Of a stretch of 64,000 nucleotides of DNA, positions 10,915 through 21,925 are shown piece by piece; positions within the stretch are counted from its first letter, which is position 1; every line of letters starts with the position of its first letter. The stretch is from Nitrospirales bacterium (GTDB lineage: Bacteria > Nitrospirota > Nitrospiria > Nitrospirales > UBA8639). Position numbers and translations under genes: made by a program. A model generated the notes under the pieces. The model was not told the DNA's origin, made no database searches, and saw only the letters and a program-made list of their open reading frames with translations. The stretch is taken from assembly GCA_963422365.1 (NCBI GenBank), contig OY729426.1, positions 1,440,001 to 1,504,000 on the forward strand, in the 5' to 3' direction.

Positions 10915-11593
10915 GGTTCGATGTCTTACGAGATGTGGAACATCACCTCCATCCGTGCAAATCCGTGCCGGTCGGATTCTGGAACGCCTTCGAACGCATA
11001 GCCCCAATGCGTTGGTGGAACTCAGCTACACCAACCCATTTGAATTGCTGGTGGCGACGATCTTGTCGGCTCAATGTACGGATGAAAGGGTGAATCGTGT
11101 GACGCCGTCGCTGTTTGCGACCTATCCCGGAGCCGAGGCCTTAGCGCGTGCGTCTCAACATCGACTCGAAGCCCTGATCAAATCAACGGGGTTTTATCGA
11201 AGTAAGGCGCGACATTTAGTCACGTGCAGTCAGACCTTGGTAGCGCGGTTTGGCGGGATCGTGCCGAGGACCATGGAGGAATTAACGTCGTTACCCGGGA
11301 TTGGAAGAAAGACCGCCAATGTGATGTTAGGGGCTTGTTTCGGCGTGCCGGCGATTGTGGTGGATACTCATGTGAAACGTGTAGCCAATCGATTGCACCT
11401 CACACAGAACAACGACCCGACCAAAATCGAATTTGACTTGCAGGCGGTCTGGCCTTCACGAGACTGGATCGAAGGCTCGCAGCGGATTTTGCTCCATGGC
11501 CGCTATGTGTGTGTGGCGCGGAAACCCCACTGTGCCGCCTGTGTGCTGTATCAAGACTGTCATTGGGAAGGAAAGCTAGTGCACCCATGTTGA
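10907..11593 (+). CDS. nth: Endonuclease III
   Basis: LLVATILSAQCTD, HhH motif LPGIGRKTAN, VDTHV, and a C-terminal C-x6-C-x2-C-x5-C Fe-S motif. Confidence 0.95.
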   Translation: MSKVRCLTRCGTSPPSVQIRAGRILERLRTHSPNALVELSYTNPFELLVATILSAQCTDERVNRVTPSLFATYPGAEALARASQHRLEALIKSTGFYRSKARHLVTCSQTLVARFGGIVPRTMEELTSLPGIGRKTANVMLGACFGVPAIVVDTHVKRVANRLHLTQNNDPTKIEFDLQAVWPSRDWIEGSQRILLHGRYVCVARKPHCAACVLYQDCHWEGKLVHPC

Positions 11594-12465
11594 AAAGCAT
11601 GACGGGTTTTGGAAAACGGGAAGGTGCGTATCAGGAGCTCGCCATTGTCGCGGAAGTGCGATCGGTGAACCATCGCTTTCGGGAAATTGTCCTCCGGTTG
11701 CCTCAAGGGAGGCTTGAATGGGAAGAGGAACTGAAAGCGCTTGCGGCCCAAAAATGTCGTCGAGGGAGAATTGAGATTATCGTCACGTATAGAAGAGGCA
11801 ATGAACGTGGCACACATGTCACGCTTGATCGTCCTCTGGTGCGTCAGTATTATCAGGCACTCAAAAATTTACAGAGGGACTTCCGATTGGACGGGCACAT
11901 TGAGATCGGGCTCTTCGCCTCATTCCGAGAAATTTTCCTGGTGGCCGAGACCCCGCTTGATGAGAAAAAAGTGAGTCGGGTGATGAAGCGGCTCGTGTCG
12001 GGTGCGCTGGCGGATCTTGACCTCATGCGGTCGAAAGAGGGGAAAACCCTCCAGGTCGATATCGCGAAACGGCTGAAGTCTGTTCGAGAGATGTCTCGGT
12101 CGATACAGCACCGTCTGCCCCTCGTGGTCAAAGGCTTTCAGGAACGCCTGCGGGCGCGCGCGCAAGCGTTGGTCGGCTCGACAAGCGATCAAGCGCCACG
12201 GCTCAACCAGGAATTCGCGCTCTTTGCCGATCGGTGTGACGTGACGGAAGAACTCATCCGGCTCCAGAGCCATAGCACGCAATTTGAAGAGATGCTGAAA
12301 AACCGTGAGCCAGTCGGACGGCAGTTGGATTTTTTGTTGCAAGAAATGTGTCGAGAAGTGAATACGATAGGGTCCAAGGCTAATGATGCGGGTATCTCGA
12401 AGCACGTCATTCAACTCAAGAGTGAACTGGAAAAAATTCGCGAGCAGGTGCAAAATGTGGAATAG
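11587..12465 (+). CDS. yicC: YicC/YloC-family endoribonuclease
   Basis: MLKSMTGFG, SVNHRF, GRQLDFLLQEMCREVNTIGSK and EKIREQVQNVE; sits upstream of gmk as usual. Confidence 0.93.
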   Translation: MLKSMTGFGKREGAYQELAIVAEVRSVNHRFREIVLRLPQGRLEWEEELKALAAQKCRRGRIEIIVTYRRGNERGTHVTLDRPLVRQYYQALKNLQRDFRLDGHIEIGLFASFREIFLVAETPLDEKKVSRVMKRLVSGALADLDLMRSKEGKTLQVDIAKRLKSVREMSRSIQHRLPLVVKGFQERLRARAQALVGSTSDQAPRLNQEFALFADRCDVTEELIRLQSHSTQFEEMLKNREPVGRQLDFLLQEMCREVNTIGSKANDAGISKHVIQLKSELEKIREQVQNVE

Positions 12466-12476
12466 GGCCTCTTGCG

Positions 12477-13148
12477 ATGGTGCGGTCAGGTGAGCAAGCA
12501 GGTCTGATGCTGGATAAAGGCGTATTGGTTGTCGTGTCGGGGCCCTCTGGTGTGGGGAAAAGCACGTTGTGCAAAAATATCGTGACCCAAGTGCCGAATA
12601 CCATGTTGTCGGTGTCCTATACAACGAGGAGCCCGAGGCTTGGCGAGCAAGACGGGGTCGAGTATTGTTTTGTTGAGGGTGCAAAATTTCAAGACCTGAT
12701 TCAGGAGGATGCGTTTGTCGAATGGGCCGAAGTGTATGGTCATCAATACGGGACCCCGAAACAGCCGTTGTTGGAGTTCCTGCATCAAGGGTTCGACGTG
12801 TTGTTGGATATCGATGCTCAGGGGGCAAAGCAAATTATGGAACGTTTTGCCGGGGCCGTGTATGTGTTTGTGGCCCCCCCGTCGCTTGAAGTCCTTCGAA
12901 AACGGCTCTATCGACGGGCCTCGGATGCGCCGGAAGAAATCCAGCGTCGTCTCCATAAAGTAAGTGATGAAATTGTCAATTTCAAAGCCTATCATTACTT
13001 CATTCGGAATGAAGATCTTCTGCAGGCGACGAAGGAATTAGAGTCCATCATTGTAGCTGAACGGGTCAAGACCAACCGGTTGGACCCTGAATGGCTTGTG
13101 GACAATGGGTTAGTCGAACACGTGACGATGAAGGAGATTGCCACGTAA
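12477..13148 (+). CDS. gmk: Guanylate kinase
   Basis: SGPSGVGKST, SYTTRSPRLGEQDGVEYCF and EWAEVYGHQYGT. Confidence 0.95.
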   Translation: MVRSGEQAGLMLDKGVLVVVSGPSGVGKSTLCKNIVTQVPNTMLSVSYTTRSPRLGEQDGVEYCFVEGAKFQDLIQEDAFVEWAEVYGHQYGTPKQPLLEFLHQGFDVLLDIDAQGAKQIMERFAGAVYVFVAPPSLEVLRKRLYRRASDAPEEIQRRLHKVSDEIVNFKAYHYFIRNEDLLQATKELESIIVAERVKTNRLDPEWLVDNGLVEHVTMKEIAT

Positions 13149-13180
13149 CCGTTTGTGTATTCATGAAAGGAGTTTCGATC

Positions 13181-13558
13181 ATGATTGATACGCTTCCACT
13201 TCTTCCGGACGATAGAACCAGTAAGTTCGATTCTCGCTATCGAGTCGTGTTGGTTGCCGCCCAACGGGCGAAACAGCTCATGCGGGGGACCCAGCAATCC
13301 CAAACGAGTAAGTTTACAAAAGAAACCTCCATTGCTCTTGAAGAAGTCTTGAGAGACAATGTGGAGTATTTGATGGGAGAAGAAGCGCGTCAGGCTCTTC
13401 GTGAAGCTAAGAAAGGCCTGGAACGCGAATTTGAACCAGCCTTGTTGGCAGAGGCTGATGAAGATGCCAAGGAAATCAAGCGGCAACTCAGCGTCTACGT
13501 TGATGATTCGCCGAAGGAACCTGCCGTGGAGGCCGATGTCAGACTTGAGAGCAGCTAA
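13181..13558 (+). CDS. rpoZ: RNA polymerase omega subunit
   Basis: SRYRVVLVAAQRAKQL...KETSIALEE; AAGGAG RBS; gmk-rpoZ-coaBC synteny. Confidence 0.9.
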   Translation: MIDTLPLLPDDRTSKFDSRYRVVLVAAQRAKQLMRGTQQSQTSKFTKETSIALEEVLRDNVEYLMGEEARQALREAKKGLEREFEPALLAEADEDAKEIKRQLSVYVDDSPKEPAVEADVRLESS

Positions 13559-13607
13559 CCGTTTGTTAAGGGACGACGGAAGGACGGCCGAACGCGAAGA
13601 AACCAGG

Positions 13608-14864
13608 ATGAGCAAACACGCGTTACAAGGCAAGCGAATCGTCCTTTGCGTCACGGGCAGCATTGCAGCCTATAAAGCTGCGTCGCTCCTGCGGACGCTT
13701 GTTCAGCAAGGAGCGCAGGTGTCAGTGGTGATGACGGCATCCGCCACGCAGTTCGTGGCACCGTTGACCTTTGAAACGTTGTCCTGCCAGCCGGTACTTC
13801 AAGACCTGTTTGCCAATGTGGAACCCATGCCGCATCTGAGGATTACCGAAGAGGCAGACTTGGTGCTAGTGGCACCGGCGACGGCGAATTGTCTGGCCAA
13901 AAGTGCCCTGGGGTTGGCCGATGATCTGTTAGGCACGCTCGTCTTGGCGGCACGATGTCCCATCGTGATGGCCCCGGCCATGGATGGAGAAATGTGGGAT
14001 CATCCTGCGGTGGTCGCGCATACGCGGATGTTGCGGGATCGTGGGATCGTGGTGTTGGAACCGGAGGAAGGTCCGCTGGCGTCCGGGCTGGTCGGAAAAG
14101 GACGGTTCCCCGCCGAACTTGCGATTATCGAGGCGGTGCTTTCCCGTCTTGCTCTTCGGCAGGACTGGTCAGGACAGCAGGTACTCGTCTCGGCTGGCCC
14201 CACGCGGGAACCCATTGATGCGGTTCGCTTTATGACCAATGCCTCTTCAGGGAAAATGGGGTATGCGATGGCGGAAGCCGCGGTCCAACGGGGGGCAGCC
14301 GTCATTCTCGTCAGCGGACCGACGGCCTTGACTCCGCCTGCAGGCGTGGAGTGCGTGCCGGTGGTGACGGCTGAAGCCATGCACAAGGCCCTGGAAGATC
14401 GATTTTCCTGGGCTACGGTGTTGATCATGACGGCGGCGGTCGGAGACTTTCGTCCGCGGCACCCCTCGTCTGCAAAAGCCAAAAAACACGAGTGGTCCGG
14501 CGAGCCTTTAGAACTTGAGCGGACCCCTGATATTCTTCAATTATTATCACGGAAACGGACACATCACGTATTAGTCGGGTTTGCGGCAGAGTCCGATGAC
14601 CTGCTTGCCAATGGCCGCAAAAAACTGCATCAAAAAGACCTTGATTTACTTGTGATTAATAGGATTACAAGTGCCCAATCGGCATTCGGCAACGAGACCA
14701 ATCAGGTGATCCTCCTCCCTCGTCAAAGCACACCCATTCAGGTCGAACGATTGCCGAAGCGTCTCCTTGCCGATCGTATTTTAGATACGGTTCAGGAGCA
14801 TTGCATCATTTCCCCACCTTCTGTTTCTGAACAACGGCGTGCAGGAATCCGCCGGATTGAGTAA
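13608..14864 (+). CDS. coaBC: Bifunctional phosphopantothenoylcysteine decarboxylase/synthetase
   Basis: [40 protein letters not shown] and VGFAAE. Confidence 0.95.
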   Translation: MSKHALQGKRIVLCVTGSIAAYKAASLLRTLVQQGAQVSVVMTASATQFVAPLTFETLSCQPVLQDLFANVEPMPHLRITEEADLVLVAPATANCLAKSALGLADDLLGTLVLAARCPIVMAPAMDGEMWDHPAVVAHTRMLRDRGIVVLEPEEGPLASGLVGKGRFPAELAIIEAVLSRLALRQDWSGQQVLVSAGPTREPIDAVRFMTNASSGKMGYAMAEAAVQRGAAVILVSGPTALTPPAGVECVPVVTAEAMHKALEDRFSWATVLIMTAAVGDFRPRHPSSAKAKKHEWSGEPLELERTPDILQLLSRKRTHHVLVGFAAESDDLLANGRKKLHQKDLDLLVINRITSAQSAFGNETNQVILLPRQSTPIQVERLPKRLLADRILDTVQEHCIISPPSVSEQRRAGIRRIE

Positions 14865-14929
14865 TTCCAACGCATGTGTTTTTCCTGAGTTCTGTTTGGC
14901 TCAAGCACATGGTCTGGAGAACCGCGTGC

Positions 14930-15238
14930 ATGGCGACTTCGATTCGACTTACTCCAGAAACTGAACAACAATTTGATTGTCTGGTGTCGCAGATCGGGCG
15001 CAGGAAGGCGTTCGACCTGCGTGAAATGGTCGGCCATGACCTCGCTTCTTCAGATCGACAAGCCGATGGCTCAGTGCATTGTCGAATACATGACCGAGCG
15101 GGTTATGGGGCTGGATGATCCTCCGGACCCTGGGCACGGCGCTGACCGGTCACCTGGGTGGGTTGTGGCGTAATCGGGTTGGGTATTGTCACCTAATCTG
15201 CGACATTTGAGGACGGTGCTTTGCGTGTCCTGGTGTAG
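14930..15238 (+). pseudogene. Collapsed RelB/RelE-type toxin-antitoxin relic
   Basis: MATSIRLTPETEQQFDCLVSQIGRRKAFDLREM (RHH antitoxin start) runs into IDKPMAQCIVEYMTERVMGLDDP and, in shifted frames, ALTGHLGGLWRNRVG...LICDI / EDGALRVLV (RelE/ParE-like). Shows an internal deletion and frameshifts. Confidence 0.7.
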
Positions 15239-15362
15239 ATGCCCAAGCAAGTGTGAACCAGTCGTCTTTTAGATGAGATTCAAACCTTTCTGACTTCACT
15301 CCTCTCAGACGGGGAAGCCGCCTAGTCCTCCGAAGCTTATGATGAACTCGAAGGAGACCTCA

Positions 15363-15576
15363 TCACAAAAGCTTGCGGAATTCTTCAGTGGTTAATCTGG
15401 AGTCCCTAACAATCCCCCCCCCCATAGTAAGGCATGTAAAGGGTTGTTTCTTGGGATAGTCAGAATACGCACCCCATCCGTCATGATGACGTGCTTGCCC
15501 TGGCATGCAATGTGAACCACGTTTTCTCTAAAGCTTGCCTTGCATCCAAATGGTTGACGCCTGGAATTTTTGGCAT
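15363..15576 (-). pseudogene. HicA-family toxin pseudogene
   Basis: MPKIPGVNHLDARQALEK / IACQGKHVIMTDG / RILTIPRNNP / TMGGIVRDSRLTTEEFRKLL* spread over shifted frames. The upstream ...REIELTV* may be a HicB tail. Confidence 0.75.
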
Positions 15577-15904
15577 CCTATACCGTCAACTCGATTTCTC
15601 GTAGAGAAACAACAAATATAATGATAACGGGACACTGTCTGCTTCGCCAGCCAACAGCAGGTACAGCTTGTGAAGGCCCGAGGGTCTGCGGGCAGCGGCG
15701 ATGGGGTTGCCTTCCACACTGGAGGGGTGCCTATGCTGTTCCCGACGATGGGCGATTCCTGATTTTTTCGAGGCTCATCTTCCATATACCTAGTCGCCGC
15801 CCTGTAAATCCGTAGCCGGCTCTCTCGCCTTTGGCAGATCCACGGTTTTATCAACTTTTTCGGCCAGCGAAATGATGCGATCGTCGCTCAGGTATGCAAC
15901 TAAG

Positions 15905-16310
15905 TAAGCCACGATGCTGACCAAGCTTGCGACGCTCCGCCCCCTGTCCCAGTATGATCAGCCGCAAGTTCCTGCAGAAGAACCGCTTTGCCAGCAGCGT
16001 CGTCACATTGGCGGGGTTCATGCTCGAAAGAAGGGCGTGGGGCTGCTCGAACCAGAAGTACTTGACCAGCCAGGGCAGGCAGATAATGTTCTTCCAGGAA
16101 GCAAAGTGACTACTGTCTTTACCGGCGCCAAGGTTGATCAGTCGAACGTCCTGCAGGATGGCATTCCAGTACGGGCCGCCCCGTGCGTGACCAGCAGATC
16201 AACGGCATGCCCGCGGTCAGCCAGTCCGCAATCTCTATCATGAGTCGCTCCGCGTCGCGGCCGCGCAGGGTCGGTAGAAAGAGTGCTATGTGTAACGGAG
16301 GAATCAGATG
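15905..16310 (-). pseudogene. GT4 glycosyltransferase relic with internal deletion
   Basis: HIALFLPTLRGRDAERLMIEIA / GHAVDLLV / LQDVRLINLG...QPHALLSSM (N-domain) joins directly to LRLIILGQGAERRKL (C-domain motif); frameshifted. Confidence 0.65.
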
Positions 16311-17097
16311 CTTACCATCACTTAGTTTACCCAAACGTTGGAGGATTGGTGTGCAGGTTTGTAGGGTATGCCGGCTGGGGTGGATTTCCAAAATCAGGCT
16401 GAGTTTGATAGCGATTCAGGAAACACTTGACGGCCATTCCGTTGGCATTCAATCACCCGCTGCCGGGTTTCCGGCGTGGGTCGGCCGGCTGTCGGCTCCA
16501 ACGGCATTCAAATCCGTGGACATGCCGGTCCTCTCCCTGCTCTGTCTCCGAAACGAGGCGGCGAGGGCTTGATGAAGAGAACCGGCATGATGACTATACG
16601 GGCACCGTCACATTGCGAATTTGTTCATAATTATAGTATATTTTTGCGAAAAGCGCCGCCCATTTTTCAGGTTCTGGTGGGATCAAATGGATGTTGATGG
16701 AAGCAGGCCTTAGGAAACTGGCGGGAAGGTTTGTCGCATCGGAGAAGCTGGAGACCTGCAAAGCCGACGGCGCGCGACCCACGAACAGATGGTGAAGTCG
16801 GTGCTTATGCACAGACCGTCCAGACAGTCTGCGAAGGGGTGAAGTTGCTTTAGGGTTTCGCCTTTGGTCTATAATCCCATTTTTCCGGGTAGAACAGAAC
16901 GCGTGGTTGGGAGATACGATTATCACATTGTTGCAGAAACACAAATGCCAGGGACCAACTATGCCCGACACAGATCTGGATTCTCTGACTGTATGCCACC
17001 ATATGAGTATGGCCCCCCCCTGATAAATTCAGGGATGAGGTCTCAGTTGCGCAAAAAGGGAGCAGTGTGTCCGGATGCAGAGAAAGGGGGTGTTTCC

Positions 17098-18054
17098 TTG
17101 ACTCGTTTTCCTTCGGTATCGGTGCTCATCCCAGCCCGCAATGCGGAGGCGAGCATTGCAGAGGCGCTCGACTCGGTGCTGACCCAGGAGTACGCGGGGG
17201 CGGTGGAGGTGATCGTGGCCGATGGTGCCGACACCCCGGGTATGGCCGAGCTTATCCGGCGGTCCCACCCGACGGTGCGGGTGGTCCCCAATCCGGAACA
17301 GGTCACCGGGGCTGGAATTAATGCGGCGCTTCGGGCCTCGAGCAGCGAGATCATCATGCGCTGCGACGCCCATACCACGTTCCCGCCCGGCTATGTCCGC
17401 CGTGCGGTCGAGACGCTTCAGAGGACGGGGGCGGCCAATGTCAGCGGCCGGCAACAGCCGGTCGGCACCACCTTCTTCGAGCGGGCTGTGGCGCTGGCGA
17501 TGACCACGCCACTTGGAGCCGGGGACGCCCGCTATCGGTTGGGCGGCGTTGAGGGACCGGTCGACACCGTCTACCTGGGCGCGTTCCGGCGCGAGGTGCT
17601 GGAGGAGGTGGGGGGATACGACGCTACTCTGGTCCGCAATCAGGACTATGAACTCAACTGGCGGCTGCGGGAACGCGGGGGAACGGTGTGGTTTGATCCC
17701 GAGCTCGTGGTCACTTACCGGCCGCGCGGCCGGTTGCGGTTGCTCGCCCGGCAATATTTCGACTATGGCCGATGGAAGCGGGTGGTGCTGCGACGACATC
17801 CGCGATCGCTGCGGCCTCGACATGTGTCCGCCCCGCTGCTGGTCCTGGGCTTGACCGCCTCGGCATTCCTAGCCGTGGCTGGAAACACGGGGGGAGTTGC
17901 GGTGTCGCTCGCCTACATGCTGGCTCTCGTGACCGGGGCGGCGGCTGTGGGTATTCGGCGCCGGGATGCGGCGGCTGTCCTCCTGCCCCTGGTGCTGCCG
18001 ACCATGCACCTGAGCTGGGGCCTCGGCTTCTTCCTGCCGGCCCGGCGGGGTTAG
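17098..18054 (+). CDS. Family 2 glycosyltransferase (ExoA-like)
   Basis: VSVLIPARN, VIVADG, RCDAH, VDTVYLGAFRR, RNQDYELNWRL, RQYFDYGRW and C-terminal TM helices. Visibly more GC-rich than the host genes. Confidence 0.9.
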   Translation: MTRFPSVSVLIPARNAEASIAEALDSVLTQEYAGAVEVIVADGADTPGMAELIRRSHPTVRVVPNPEQVTGAGINAALRASSSEIIMRCDAHTTFPPGYVRRAVETLQRTGAANVSGRQQPVGTTFFERAVALAMTTPLGAGDARYRLGGVEGPVDTVYLGAFRREVLEEVGGYDATLVRNQDYELNWRLRERGGTVWFDPELVVTYRPRGRLRLLARQYFDYGRWKRVVLRRHPRSLRPRHVSAPLLVLGLTASAFLAVAGNTGGVAVSLAYMLALVTGAAAVGIRRRDAAAVLLPLVLPTMHLSWGLGFFLPARRG

Positions 18055-18129
18055 GGCAGCCTGGGGCAGCATGCTCCAATCGAAGCCAGGAACAAGAGAG
18101 TCGCTGTGAGGACCCCGGACACGACTGGC

Positions 18130-18600
18130 GGACAGGATGTCGCTATCCTGTTCGCGACCCTGCTTGGCCTGCTCTTCACTCCCTGAGCCTAGCAGGGCGC
18201 GCAGTATTTCGTCTCGGCGCGATAAACAAGCGTTTCGCAGGACGTGTCCTCAGCCATAACCGTCGGTCTCGTCTGCTGAGGTTTGACCATCGCACTGGCA
18301 GTCCTGCTGATCCACAGCGATATCGCATTCTTTCAAAAGGCGGAGACGCGCGCCTTCCATCTGGTGCTCACCCTGATCCCGCTCATGGTTCTCTCGGCCG
18401 CGCTCAGGCGCTTTGGTCGCCTCGAGACCTTCTCTCTGCTCCGAGTCGCGGTGAATGTGTTTGCGCTCCTATTTCTCGTCCGGGACCGGGGGCTCGGAGT
18501 TGACGGTGCCATCCTGGTGTTCGCCGCCGGTCACCTTGTTATGATCGCCGTTTGCCTCTAGTACCTGCGGCATCACGTCTTTTCACGCGACGATCAATGG
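18130..18600 (+). pseudogene. Fragment of a polysaccharide flippase-like membrane protein
   Basis: Hydrophobic fragments AILFATLLGLLFTP*, QGAQYFV, LVLTLIPLMVLSAA and GLGVDGAILVFAAGHLVMI broken by stops; adjacent to the GT2. Confidence 0.45.
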
Positions 18601-18820
18601 TTCCGTGACGTGGGAGTCGCCACCACGGAAGGAGTGACGCTCAACCCCGGCGAATGGAGTGAATCTCACACGCAGGTCAGTACCATCCCGAAAGGCCAAC
18701 ACACGACACGAGGCCTTGCCGGGCTTTGTCATCTTGGACTGGTTTCAAAAGAATAATGAAGTCGAAATGCGGTTGCGAGAGGCTGTCGTTCCACTCTTAG
18801 GCGCACGGTTTTTGACATGA

Positions 18821-18908
18821 TGGCGGAGAGGGTGGGATTCGAACCCACGGACCGTTGCCGGTCAACGGTTTTCGAGACCGCCCGATTCGGCCACTCTCGC
18901 ACCTCTCC
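18821..18908 (-). tRNA. tRNA-Ser(CGA)
   Basis: Reverse complement GGAGAGGT...GCGGT-CTCGAAA-ACCGT, a long variable arm, GGTTCGAATCC and ...CTCTCCGCCA with encoded CCA. Confidence 0.95.
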
Positions 18909-18933
18909 GCATACACATTCCAGGTGAGATCTC

Positions 18934-19437
18934 TCAGTTCATGGTGAGGGGCTGGTTGTGCCTGAGTTGTTGAAAGAACTGTTGAAGAAGGCCACGAGAC
19001 TCGTTTTCCAATATGCCCTGTGTGACGGCTGTGCGGTGATTCAAGCGGGTATCCTCATGGAGAGCGAACAGGGAACCGCATGCCCCGGCTTTGGGGTCCC
19101 AGGTGCTGAAGACCAAGCGAGGAATCCGAGCTTGAAGCATGGCGCCGGTACACATGAGACAGGGTTCCAGCGTCACGTACATGGTTGTGCCAGTTAATCG
19201 CCAAGATTGCAACCTCTCGGCGGCTTCCTGAATCACGATGAGTTCGGCATGGGCGGTTGGGTCTTGTTTGCGTTCTCTGGTGTTTCGTCCCCTGGCAATG
19301 ATGGTATGATCACGCACGAGTATCGCTCCTACAGGTACGTCGCCGTCAGAAGCGGCTTGTTCCGCTTCCAGCAGCGCTTCACGCATGAAGGCTTCATCGG
19401 CCGGTAGATGTTGTTTTGCCGCTGTTTCGAGAGCCAT
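18934..19437 (-). CDS. tadA: tRNA adenosine(34) deaminase
   Basis: DVPVGA, DPTAHAE, TLEPCLMC, DPKAGACGS and LNH. Confidence 0.93.
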   Translation of the reverse strand: MALETAAKQHLPADEAFMREALLEAEQAASDGDVPVGAILVRDHTIIARGRNTRERKQDPTAHAELIVIQEAAERLQSWRLTGTTMYVTLEPCLMCTGAMLQARIPRLVFSTWDPKAGACGSLFALHEDTRLNHRTAVTQGILENESRGLLQQFFQQLRHNQPLTMN

Positions 19438-19514
19438 GGCGTTTCTTTCTCTCAGAAAGTGCGCATGGTACCATAGTGTCGCTCCATACTCCATGAGGAT
19501 GTGTTGTGAGGAAC

Positions 19515-20144
19515 ATGGCGTTTCACGCTCCACTCGACGTTCCCCTTTCTGCCGAAGGACTCCGGTCGATCTGGCAAGCATTGAACGCTTCCTATTTTCA
19601 GCAGCGATTGCCGGCCATTGAGATTCAATGGAGTACCCGTCTGACGTCGTCGGCCGGCCTTTTTCTGAGCCAAACGGGCCCACGTACTTCTCGCGTGGCT
19701 CCGGAAGAACGGCATGGCAAGGGACGGGTCATTCGTCTTTCGGTCCCGCTCCTTCGCGGCCGACCGTTGGCTGACATTCGGACCATCCTGGCCCATGAGA
19801 TGATTCATCAATGGCAATTTGACGTGAAGAAATGGTGCCCTTCACATGGGCGGGAATTTCGACGAATCATGGCCCTGATGAATGCCGATGGCCTGGAAAT
19901 CACGATTTATCATACGCTGGGTGAGGAAGCCATCGCGAAGTTTACGTGGCGTTGTGTGCGGTGTGGGCATGTGTATCATCGCCAACGCAACACCCTCTCG
20001 ACGAAACGCCATCGCTGTGGATGGTGTCGGGGGCTTCTTCAGGAAATTTCCGGGACTCCTTCCCTGATGCGTACTCCTCAAGAGACGGTTCGACCTCAAC
20101 CCCTCAAGGGGAGCGGCTCTATTCAACTGACCTTTGATTTTTAA
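19515..20144 (+). CDS. SprT-like zinc metalloprotease domain protein
   Basis: HEMIH, HGREF and C-terminal CxxC...CxxC. Confidence 0.88.
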   Translation: MAFHAPLDVPLSAEGLRSIWQALNASYFQQRLPAIEIQWSTRLTSSAGLFLSQTGPRTSRVAPEERHGKGRVIRLSVPLLRGRPLADIRTILAHEMIHQWQFDVKKWCPSHGREFRRIMALMNADGLEITIYHTLGEEAIAKFTWRCVRCGHVYHRQRNTLSTKRHRCGWCRGLLQEISGTPSLMRTPQETVRPQPLKGSGSIQLTFDF

Positions 20145-20819
20145 AGATGGTGAATGCCTGCGGTGGTGTGGACGAGACCTGAGCCTCTTTTCCCCGTGCG
20201 TGGATCAGGGTGAGCCGTTGTCGATTTCCTGGAGTTGAGACCGCCGGTCAATGTGGAGGCTCGCTCCAGACGTCGCAACATGGACACGTGGTCTCCTCTG
20301 GTTTTGTAAATATCGGCTAAGAGGCGGAGCACTGCGGCTTCGCTGTGTTCTTGCCCACGTTTGATAAAATGTTCGCTGGCGTTATTGAGACCGCTTGCCG
20401 CAGGAGCACGGCCTTGCCGCATTGGCTGAACGTGTTGGTCAGCCCTCATTCGTCTCCGACCATGCGGTGAGATTGCCGCGGTGCCAATGAATTTGGGCTC
20501 GTTGTGAGGCGTGACGCATCATGGGAAGGCTAGGAGAAAACGGAGAGAGGCGCTCTTGCACGAATCGAAGAACCGTCGAGTGCTCGGTCCATGTGTTGCC
20601 AAACCAGGCTTGGGTTTGATACCTACGTGCTTGAGCTTGTGCCCGCCCCTGAGCGGGGATCCTGTGTTAGCGGCGAAAGGCATCTTTGCCTTTCACAATT
20701 TTCGAGAGAAGATCGTCGGCTTGTTTGGATGCTTTTCGATGGCGCCACCACCGGATTCCGAATCGAAAAGCAAGCAGTCCGGCCAGACAACACACGACGA
20801 TTCCCATCTCATCACTCAT
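20141..20819 (-). pseudogene. Possible broken gene for a membrane-anchored helical/TPR-like protein
   Basis: A 50-codon ORF with a TM segment from 20819 ends at TAA 20669. The downstream fragment EAAVLRLLADIYKTRGDH looks like a TPR helix. Confidence 0.3.
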
Positions 20820-20920
20820 AGCACTAGTCTAGGGTAACCTCATTCTGTGAGCAAGGCGATCCTTTGATGATCCCGGCATGCCATTGTACCGATAACGGCT
20901 TGTAAAAGAATCGTCATCCT

Positions 20921-21925
20921 ATGGAATTGTGGGTATTACTCATTTCGCTCATTGCGATCTTCATCGGCGCAGAAATATTTACCAATGCGCTCGAACATCT
21001 CGGAGAACGTCTCAACATTTCCGAGGGGGTCACGGGATCGGTGTTTGCGGCCGTGGGCACGGCCTTGCCCGAGACTATGGTCCCTGTGGTGGCGGTGTTG
21101 GCCGCCAGCGGGGATTTATCGGTTCGGCAGGATGTCGGGGTGGGGGCCATTTTAGGCGCTCCGTTAATGCTTTCGACCATCACGCTCTGTTTAATGGGAA
21201 TATTTGCCGCCCAGCGTCGTGGGTGGCATCAAGCCTTTTGTCCAGAGCCCACCGGCGTGCATCGGGACCTGAATTGGTTTCTCTTTGCCTTTACGTTGGC
21301 CACACTCGCGATCTTTGTTCCTCCGGAATGGCGATGGGCGCGTGTGTCGTTGGCTTTGGGATTGACCCTGAGTTATGTCGTCTATTTATTGTTGACCATT
21401 CGCGCCTCACGGGGTCTGGTTGATCAGGGCCATGGAACCCAGGCGGATCATCCTCTTTTTTTGAGCAGGCTCCGCATCCCCGAGCGCCTTGCCACGATCT
21501 TTTTGCAATTGGTCCTTGGATTTGGGTTTATCATTGGAGGAGCCAATGGCTTCGTCTACGGCGTGGAGCATTTAGCCGCCTGGTTGGGGCTTTCCACCTT
21601 GGCCTTGTCGTTGTTAATCGTGCCGGTGGCGACCGAATTGCCGGAAAAAGTGAATAGTATTATTTGGGCGCGGCGGGGCAGGGACACCTTGGCCTTTGGG
21701 AATATCACAGGGGCGATGGTGTTTCAGGGGAGTCTGCTTCCAGCTTTAGGAGTGCTGTTGACTCCATGGGTTCCACGAAAAGAAGTCTTGTGGGGGATGG
21801 GGTTGACGGTCCTTGCCACGGGCTATCTCAAGCTTCATTTACGATCTCATGCCTTGAGGCCTGACCATCTGCTTTTCAATGGCCTGTGCTATATCGCGTT
21901 CGGCTTACTCATTGCCTTTGGGTAA
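20921..21925 (+). CDS. Sodium:calcium antiporter (CaCA family)
   Basis: Two alpha repeats (AVGTALPET, PVATELPE...GNITG) and multiple TM helices. Confidence 0.9.
   Translation: MELWVLLISLIAIFIGAEIFTNALEHLGERLNISEGVTGSVFAAVGTALPETMVPVVAVLAASGDLSVRQDVGVGAILGAPLMLSTITLCLMGIFAAQRRGWHQAFCPEPTGVHRDLNWFLFAFTLATLAIFVPPEWRWARVSLALGLTLSYVVYLLLTIRASRGLVDQGHGTQADHPLFLSRLRIPERLATIFLQLVLGFGFIIGGANGFVYGVEHLAAWLGLSTLALSLLIVPVATELPEKVNSIIWARRGRDTLAFGNITGAMVFQGSLLPALGVLLTPWVPRKEVLWGMGLTVLATGYLKLHLRSHALRPDHLLFNGLCYIAFGLLIAFG

Noticed and set aside
11920..12828. 302-aa minus-strand ORF and similar long antisense ORFs (e.g. 37421-38332, 17029-17823)
   Set aside because: They lie opposite well-supported genes and carry no motifs.
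14865..14930. att direct repeat of the tRNA-Ser 3' end at the islet's left border
   Set aside because: No match to TGGCGGAGAGGGTGGGATTCG was visible by eye.
16864..17097. N-terminal extension of the GT2 ORF
   Set aside because: Composition shifts at about 17100, where the GT2 motif begins; the upstream part looks like relic sequence.
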